The translations under genes and the position numbers were made by a program. From a virus (taxonomy: Duplodnaviria; Caudoviricetes), in the IMG/VR virus record IMGVR_UViG_3300014204_000011, positions 1-64,000 of that record: a stretch of DNA of 64,000 nt; one strand, written 5' to 3'. Under the pieces are notes generated by a model. The model was not told where the DNA came from, searched no databases, and saw nothing but the letters and a program-made list of their open reading frames with translations. This document shows positions 57,489-64,000 of the stretch, piece after piece. Position 1 is the stretch's first letter, and the number at the start of each line of letters is the position of its first letter.

Positions 57489-58339
57489 ATATTAAACATC
57501 TCCAGATTAATATCTATTCTGAAAGAATCTGTTTTATTTTTATTTTTTTCAATCATTAAATCCCAAAGATGTTTTAATTCGGGATCTTCTTCAAGCATTT
57601 TTTCAGCAACATGAAAATATTTCGGATATCCTATTTTTATCCAGTTTTCAACTTGTAATTTCATTTTGTTTTTAAATTGTAAATTATTTCTATGCGGAAA
57701 ATGAGCGTAAAAAGCTATATCTGGATTTATTTTATAAATTTCTAGAGGTTCAATCCCGTCATCGAACCTAATGCAAGAATCTGTTCCTAAATCAGTAAGT
57801 TCATTTATATTATTAACTATAGTATGAAATCCCGAACAATAAACCATACCATCATTAAATTTACCTATTGATTTATAAAAATCTCTTGGTTCTTTTGCAA
57901 AATATTTTAATTCGATAAATGGATTTTCATCTTTAATGTCTTTATCAATTTTACATTCATACCATGTAAAATTTAAAGATAAATGACTAATATGATCATA
58001 ATCTATTATTAAATCTTCTATTGTTTTATGTTTTTTTAAAACAAGTAATTCATCCGCATCACTGCCTATAACCCATTTAAAGCCATCGGTTTTTGCTTGA
58101 TCTAATAATATTTTACTTTGTTTTTCGTGTCTGTGGTCATCATCATCAGAATAGAAAATTTTAAATTTTGAAGAATATAATTTATCAAAAACATCTTTAA
58201 TTATATTAGTTAATTTATCGTTAGATTTATGCAACATTAAATAAAAATCACGAATACCTAAATTATAATAATATATTAATGTATAATATATAATATCACT
58301 ATCAGCAGGATGAATCACAGATATATAAGCTATTTTCAT
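57485..58339 (-). CDS. GT-A glycosyltransferase (family 2-like)
   Basis: WVIGSDADE (DxD); paralogue of 58336-59172. Confidence 0.8.
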   Translation of the reverse strand: MKIAYISVIHPADSDIIYYTLIYYYNLGIRDFYLMLHKSNDKLTNIIKDVFDKLYSSKFKIFYSDDDDHRHEKQSKILLDQAKTDGFKWVIGSDADELLVLKKHKTIEDLIIDYDHISHLSLNFTWYECKIDKDIKDENPFIELKYFAKEPRDFYKSIGKFNDGMVYCSGFHTIVNNINELTDLGTDSCIRFDDGIEPLEIYKINPDIAFYAHFPHRNNLQFKNKMKLQVENWIKIGYPKYFHVAEKMLEEDPELKHLWDLMIEKNKNKTDSFRIDINLEMFNI

Positions 58340-59172
58340 TTAAACATCTCCGGATTTATAGGATCTAAAAAATATTCCATTTTATTTTCACTTTTAAGAC
58401 TTTTATCGTTATTGCAAACCTGCCTTTGACCATTAGTTGTTATCAATCTGTCAGGCCATATCTGTTTTAAATAATCAGGATTTTCTTCAAGGTCTTTATC
58501 AAGATAAAAAAAACCGTATCGCCTTAACCAGTTTTTACGCTGAAGCAAAGTCTTTTGTTCGTATTGTTTAAAATTACGTTCGGGAAAATGAGCATAAAAA
58601 GCTTGTTCGGGACAGACTTCGACAATGTTTTCGCAACCACTGATATCGTGAAAACCGGTTATAAACTCCATGCCTTGACTGAATTTACCGCTGCTTTTTA
58701 TCCAGCCCTTATCAGTAATATCCATATATTCTTTACAACGATACCGCATGTTAGCGAAAGCATTTTCACTAACATCAGTTTCTGCTCTATAATCAATCCA
58801 TTTAAAATGAAGAACTACTGTTTCAAGAATATTATATTCTTGTAGAAAATTTTCAATATTTTTATGTTGTTTTAATACAATCAATTCATCTGCGTCACTG
58901 CCAATAATCCAATCCATACCATCTCTTAAAGCTATATCGGTTAAAACTTTTACATTTTCATCATGATTATGTTCATCTTTATCATTAAAATACCATGAAA
59001 CTCTTACATCATAATCTCTTTCAAAAACAAAAGAAATATCTCTCAATACTCTATCTGCTTTATGAAGCATAAGATAATAATTTCGTATGCCAAGATTATA
59101 ATAATATACAAGCATAAAATCAATTATATCATTATCTTGAGGATGAATTACACTTACAAGAGCTATATTCAT
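58336..59172 (-). CDS. GT-A glycosyltransferase (family 2-like)
   Basis: WIIGSDADE; AHFPER. Confidence 0.8.
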   Translation of the reverse strand: MNIALVSVIHPQDNDIIDFMLVYYYNLGIRNYYLMLHKADRVLRDISFVFERDYDVRVSWYFNDKDEHNHDENVKVLTDIALRDGMDWIIGSDADELIVLKQHKNIENFLQEYNILETVVLHFKWIDYRAETDVSENAFANMRYRCKEYMDITDKGWIKSSGKFSQGMEFITGFHDISGCENIVEVCPEQAFYAHFPERNFKQYEQKTLLQRKNWLRRYGFFYLDKDLEENPDYLKQIWPDRLITTNGQRQVCNNDKSLKSENKMEYFLDPINPEMFK

Positions 59173-59756
59173 TTCTTCACCCTACAAACTACAGTTGAAC
59201 CATTTCCTACTTTTGAATCTGTTTCTTCATAATCAATTATCTCCCATCCTAGATTATGTTCTTTGTTGCAATAATCAATTAAACCAACCATAGATGATAA
59301 TGTAAATATCCAGATATGACAATGTTCATCTGTTAAAGGTTGTGGATTATTATATTGTTTATAAAAATCTGATATTTCAGAGATAGGTCGATTTACATCA
59401 TTCGGATCTGCATCACGTTTTGGAAATATCATAAAAACTATTCCCTGATCTTTTAATATCCTATTCCATTCAAAAAAAGCTTTTATCGGATTAGGAACAT
59501 GCTCAATTACATGAGAACTTATAACATAATCAAGACTGCTATTTTCAAGTGGAATATTTTCTGCATCACCATACATATCTGGTTTAATAAATTCTCCACA
59601 TGAATTTATTTCTGATTCTCTCCAAAATTCAACTCTTTCTTTATTGGCAAGGAATAGACAATCTTTTAAATTAAACGGATTGTGTGCTGCTGCGCCAATT
59701 TCCAACCCGTGACCGATACAATATTTGTGAGCAAGTGCGCTTTCGGGGAATTTCAT
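59169..59756 (-). CDS. class I SAM-dependent methyltransferase
   Basis: GLEIGA; DYVISSHVIEHVPNP..FFEWNRILKDQG. Confidence 0.85.
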   Translation of the reverse strand: MKFPESALAHKYCIGHGLEIGAAAHNPFNLKDCLFLANKERVEFWRESEINSCGEFIKPDMYGDAENIPLENSSLDYVISSHVIEHVPNPIKAFFEWNRILKDQGIVFMIFPKRDADPNDVNRPISEISDFYKQYNNPQPLTDEHCHIWIFTLSSMVGLIDYCNKEHNLGWEIIDYEETDSKVGNGSTVVCRVKK

Positions 59757-59757
59757 A

Positions 59758-60753
59758 TTAAATCATCCATTCAGGATTTTCTAAAGTCCATTTAACGGTT
59801 TGCTCTAACGATTCTCTAAAAGTCATAGGTGGAATCCATCCCATTTCTTTTAATTTTGAACCATCGAGAGCGTAACGCCTATCATGACCACTTCTTGTTT
59901 TATGAAAATCTTCAAGTTTATAATATAGTGGCTTTTGTAATATATCAGCAATTATTTCAGCAACTTGAAGATTATTTAATTCTATTTCTCCAACTATATT
60001 ATATCTATCTGGAACAATTATACTATCAATATTATCTTCATACATTTTAACAGTAGTTTTTTGTAAGATAAATAGTAAAGCATCGGCTTTATTCCTTGCA
60101 TGGATATAAAATCGTGATCCAATGTCTCCCTCACTTCCATGAATAATAACTTCTTTTCCGGAATTTATATTCTTAATAAGCATTGGTATGAATTTTTCTG
60201 AATCCTGACGTGGACTAAAAACATTCATGGTATTTGTTAAAACAACAGGGACTTTAAAAGTTCGCCAATAAGAAATAGCTAGAGCTTCTTGTGACGCTTT
60301 ACTTGCACTATAGGGGTTTGAGGGTAGTATGGTTGACCATTCTTTATGCCGAGTATTATGTAAAGCAGGGCCGTAAACTTCATCGGTTGAAATTTGAATA
60401 AACATTTCTGGTTTAACCTTACGGGCATATTCAAGCATAGTAAGCACAAGCTTGAAATTATTCTCACAAAAACTTACCGGATCAGTAATAGATCTATCAA
60501 CATGACTTTCACTTGCCATATTAACAATAAAATCTATGTTACCAATTTTATGTATTAATCTATCTGATATAGGAGAAGTTAAATCATGAGTAATTATTTT
60601 ATATCTTTTAGGATCTTGATAAATACGCAAAGAATCTCCCCTATGTCTAAAACTATCAATTCCTATAATTTCCCAATCTGTATTTTCAAGTATATGATCA
60701 ACTAAATGACTTCCTATGAATCCTGCGCTTCCTGTAATTAAAACTCTTTTCAT
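59758..60753 (-). CDS. NDP-sugar 4,6-dehydratase/epimerase (RmlB-like)
   Basis: ITGSAGFIG, ASESHVDRSI, STDEVYG and YSASK. Confidence 0.9.
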   Translation of the reverse strand: MKRVLITGSAGFIGSHLVDHILENTDWEIIGIDSFRHRGDSLRIYQDPKRYKIITHDLTSPISDRLIHKIGNIDFIVNMASESHVDRSITDPVSFCENNFKLVLTMLEYARKVKPEMFIQISTDEVYGPALHNTRHKEWSTILPSNPYSASKASQEALAISYWRTFKVPVVLTNTMNVFSPRQDSEKFIPMLIKNINSGKEVIIHGSEGDIGSRFYIHARNKADALLFILQKTTVKMYEDNIDSIIVPDRYNIVGEIELNNLQVAEIIADILQKPLYYKLEDFHKTRSGHDRRYALDGSKLKEMGWIPPMTFRESLEQTVKWTLENPEWMI

Positions 60754-61727
60754 ATATTCTCCTCAATTATTTGTATTCGTTTTTGATTTATTTTTGAAAG
60801 TAAAAGATTTTCCTGAATATAATCTAAGCTTTGCAAATAGTTTTCCTGTCTGAAAGATTTACTCTTTATAGCTTTTTCAAGTAAATATTGAAAATTATCT
60901 TTATAATTTACACATCCTGGTTTATTAAATTCTGGAAGATTTGGTGCAATACAACAAGCTCCAGCATAAGTACCCTCGATCCAACTTATATTTGATTTTG
61001 CGGAGTTAAATACGCTATTAATAAGAGGAACTATATGTATTGCTGGTGTAATTTCAGATAATAATTTATTATATTTAATAAGTTCAAGTTCACTATTTAT
61101 TACTGCACTATTTATTATATCTTCCGATATAAACCATACATCTGATCCGATAAAAATCCAATCCCAATCAGGATTATTTATAGAAGCATATTCCATTCCA
61201 TCTTTACAAGATAACAAATCTCGTCTATGTGTAGAACTTCCACGCCAAGATATTCTTTTTGAAGTTATATCTTTTTTAATGAGTTTATAATTATAATCAT
61301 TAAAAGCATTTTCTATGACTATAATATCAGGATTTATATGTTTATAATAATTTTTGATTGTTTCTGTACTTACGGTTACAATATCTGAATTTTTAATTGA
61401 ATATTCTACATTATCAAGAATACGTTTTTGGCTAAAATAAGCATATCCTGGATTATCTTCTGGAAGCTCAGGAAACAAATCATCAAAATCAGACCAGACT
61501 TTAATTCCAAAATCTTTTGCCATATCAAGACTTTCGATATAATTATCTCCAACAGGGCGTAAGAAATAAAGAATATCACAATCGCTAAGATAATTCCAGT
61601 TCATAGAATCTATGAATTCTACATCAATATCTGGTCTTATTTTTCGTAGTTTAGAAAGAACTCCCCAACCACGATAATAACTACAAGCTCCTTTTGGAGC
61701 AACATCACATATTTTTATTTTTATCAT
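60750..61727 (-). CDS. GT-B glycosyltransferase
   Basis: CSYYR, DFDD, DIVTVST, IENA, WRGS..H and KSNISWIE pattern of large-phage GT-B enzymes. Confidence 0.8.
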   Translation of the reverse strand: MIKIKICDVAPKGACSYYRGWGVLSKLRKIRPDIDVEFIDSMNWNYLSDCDILYFLRPVGDNYIESLDMAKDFGIKVWSDFDDLFPELPEDNPGYAYFSQKRILDNVEYSIKNSDIVTVSTETIKNYYKHINPDIIVIENAFNDYNYKLIKKDITSKRISWRGSSTHRRDLLSCKDGMEYASINNPDWDWIFIGSDVWFISEDIINSAVINSELELIKYNKLLSEITPAIHIVPLINSVFNSAKSNISWIEGTYAGACCIAPNLPEFNKPGCVNYKDNFQYLLEKAIKSKSFRQENYLQSLDYIQENLLLSKINQKRIQIIEENI

Positions 61728-61860
61728 TTGTTTTCCATTTGAATATTTTTTTTAATTCTTTGTTTAAAATCTTCGTCAGTCTCATCTTTCATTTTTAAAA
61801 ATGAATCAAGTTTTTTTTAATCCTGAATAACTTTTAATAAAATTGGTTTTCCCCTGTTTT

Positions 61861-62247
61861 TCATTTATTTTTAAACTCCGGATGATCTTTTTTGAGGGCT
61901 TGAATGGTTGCAAACATTTGATTAAATAAAAAATATGGAGATTCAGAATCCTTATATTCTGTTTTCATTTTTTCAGTTTCTTCAACCAATATTTCAAGAT
62001 CGGATTTTGGAATAACACCGTTTTTTTTAAACAAATCTACGAACTGTTTTCTAAGTTCGCTACTTATTTCAGATATAGGAAATACTGGAAAAATATTATT
62101 AATAATAAAATCATTTGCTTCTTCTTTTGTCATTTGTATTTTTTTTATAGGTTCATTAGTAACCCATTTAGTACAATACCTCAATCCTATTGTTCTAAAT
62201 TGTTTATGTTCACATATTATTTGACCGCAAGAATCACAACTTTCCAT
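61861..62247 (-). CDS. hypothetical protein
   Basis: AAGGAGAGG RBS; ORF track. Confidence 0.65.
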   Translation of the reverse strand: MESCDSCGQIICEHKQFRTIGLRYCTKWVTNEPIKKIQMTKEEANDFIINNIFPVFPISEISSELRKQFVDLFKKNGVIPKSDLEILVEETEKMKTEYKDSESPYFLFNQMFATIQALKKDHPEFKNK

Positions 62248-62279
62248 ATTAAAACACCTCTCCTTTTTTTATTTAAAAA

Positions 62280-62383
62280 AATTTAACTATTTTTAAAAAA
62301 CCTGTCAAGAACTTTTGTAAAAAATTTTATCATTTTTTTTGTAAATTTTAATACTTGACAAGAACTGTATTTAATACAAAATA
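62280..62383. promoter_or_regulatory. divergent sigma70-type promoters
   Basis: minus TTGACA 62308-62303 with TAAATT at N17; plus TTGACA 62355-62360 with a weaker -10. Confidence 0.55.
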
Positions 62384-62432
62384 AAGCTATAAACCGACTC
62401 TTATAAGGTAACTGGAATGAAAAGGAAAAGTT

Positions 62433-64000
62433 TTGCAAATACCTCTAATCATAAAGGCTTTAACCGGAGAGTTTGTTTTAAGTGGCTTGTATTCTTTCGA
62501 GTTCGTAGATAAGAATAGAAATACTATCACTGAAATCTTCTTTATGATACCTCCTAAAAAAAAGGATATGGCGGAGGTTACAAGATCATCCACAAACCCC
62601 ACACTTTCGAGCAATTATATAACTGATGCTGGTAACGGCACAAAACAACTTAATTTATCTGGTGAACTTTTCTTCCCGTATGTCGGTAGTCCCGATAATC
62701 CTGTAGCCAGAGATAGTTCACAACTTGAAAATCAAATAGATGGTATGACGGAATTTTTTAAACTTCAATGGATGCTTATTCGCTATCGTGATTATACCAT
62801 GACTAAAAATGGTAAAATGGTTATACCTTCTACGGTTATGAATTCCAGTCCTGAAATTACAGCTTTATATAAAAAAGTCAGTCAATTAGTTAAAAATAAA
62901 ATTGGTGCTTTATATGATGAGATACAACTTATTGTTCATGATTACGATATGGATGATCATTATTATTGTAGAGTCATTTCTTTCAGCGGTTCTCAAAGTG
63001 ATACAAAATATATTGCAGTAGAATATAATATCAGTTTAGAATTGCACGAACGAGATAATATGCAAAGTGCAAAAACTGTAGAAATAAGAAGAAGTTTAAA
63101 TGAAAGTGTAGATGTTGCAAATACTCAAATGCAAAATACCAATTTCAGTGTTACATTTGAAGATATTCAGTCTCAAATCAGTTATAACGCCGATTTTTAT
63201 ACTTTTACCCTGGATATTGACGCTTTACTCACCAGTATAGATACAGAAAATACTAATATTCAGTCTGGAATTTCTACACCTATGGATTTATTACCTTCTC
63301 TTTTAACATCTTTATTATCTACAATTGATATGGTTAAAAGATCGTTTTTAACTGTTTTTTTTACGGATGCACAAATAGCTCTTTATGAGACAGGCGATTT
63401 AACAATTGATGAAGTTTTAAATATAGATTTATTATCTTTTTATAATAGTATTACCAAAATAGGGATATACGCCGAAGGATTACTTGGAGTTATAAATTCA
63501 ACAGTAAAAAAAGATGAAATAAGATATTATGCAAACGCTGATGATTATACCCTGACTACAGAACAATTTGATGAAGATGGAAGTAACAAAGTCTTAAATG
63601 ATACATCTTTTAAATACTATACAGTTCAAGATGGAGATACCGCCCGTATTATTGCACTTAGAGAATTAAATGATTCTGAAAAATTCATATCAATATTAAA
63701 AATAAATTCAATAACTGAATCTGATTTCATAGAAGGAACTTTAATTGGTCAAAAAATAATTATTCCAATAAGCGCAAGCTCGTTAAGCAGATCTGAAGAA
63801 AATCTTGTTTATGTTGCTGATGACAGCGATATTAACAATTTTTTACATGGAGGGGATATAAAACTAGGTATCAATGGAGAAATGCTTGTCAGTGCAACCG
63901 GAGATATACTTGGTCAAACCGGAGTTCAAGTTACATATGATTCTCTTTTAAACAGAATAGAGTCAAGAAAAGGTTCTTTAAATGTTTTCTCTCCCGATTG
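62433..64000 (+). CDS. baseplate-associated protein with LysM domain and start of a gp25-like domain (runs off the window)
   Basis: TTG start after AGGA; YTVQDGDT...GQKIIIP LysM near 63615-63767; absent from the ORF track, consistent with no stop before the window end. Confidence 0.75.
   Translation, partial: MQIPLIIKALTGEFVLSGLYSFEFVDKNRNTITEIFFMIPPKKKDMAEVTRSSTNPTLSSNYITDAGNGTKQLNLSGELFFPYVGSPDNPVARDSSQLENQIDGMTEFFKLQWMLIRYRDYTMTKNGKMVIPSTVMNSSPEITALYKKVSQLVKNKIGALYDEIQLIVHDYDMDDHYYCRVISFSGSQSDTKYIAVEYNISLELHERDNMQSAKTVEIRRSLNESVDVANTQMQNTNFSVTFEDIQSQISYNADFYTFTLDIDALLTSIDTENTNIQSGISTPMDLLPSLLTSLLSTIDMVKRSFLTVFFTDAQIALYETGDLTIDEVLNIDLLSFYNSITKIGIYAEGLLGVINSTVKKDEIRYYANADDYTLTTEQFDEDGSNKVLNDTSFKYYTVQDGDTARIIALRELNDSEKFISILKINSITESDFIEGTLIGQKIIIPISASSLSRSEENLVYVADDSDINNFLHGGDIKLGINGEMLVSATGDILGQTGVQVTYDSLLNRIESRKGSLNVFSPD

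Noticed and set aside
2723-60467. Many short antisense or alternate-frame ORFs in the track (e.g. 2723-3145, 17181-17606, 40908-41378, 37422-37772, 58555-58845)
   Set aside because: They are F/S/L/I-rich shadows of K/E-rich genes on the other strand, with no RBS or motifs.
1-64000. Stop-codon reassignment
   Set aside because: Long genes are intact in code 11, TAA, TAG and TGA all serve as stops, and there is no suppressor tRNA.
1-64000. Retron, DGR or other reverse-transcriptase system
   Set aside because: No YxDD-type RT ORF and no template/variable repeat pair was seen.

Overview
AT-rich 64 kb segment of a large contractile-tailed (myovirus-type) dsDNA phage genome, read in standard code 11. 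From left to right it contains: small early-type ORFs; a Xer-like tyrosine recombinase; Bro-N; a repeat-rich non-coding putative origin followed by RHH, winged-helix and RusA genes; TerS and TerL separated by accessory genes; a structured-RNA/tRNA locus; portal and appendage genes; a probable lysis cassette containing an outer-membrane phospholipase A; MuF; about 11 kb of probable head-packaged polyvalent proteins; protease, scaffold and major capsid; neck, sheath, tube, chaperone, tape-measure, hub and spike genes; an inverted 7-kb sugar-modification cassette; and a truncated LysM/baseplate gene. OMPLA and the lipoproteins suggest a diderm host, and the ferredoxin and NrdD-like peptide suggest an anaerobe (inference). 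The strongest leads are three. (1) A [L/M]-x-K|A maturation-site code and a shared 20-aa leader link capsid proteins to cargo polyproteins and two JAB toxin/immunity-like pairs. (2) A triad-intact OMPLA sits inside the lysis cassette. (3) A coiled-coil gene is flanked by pseudoknotted RNA and a ~370-nt closed RNA carrying a permuted-looking tRNA. All family calls come from motif recognition by eye; no database searches were run.
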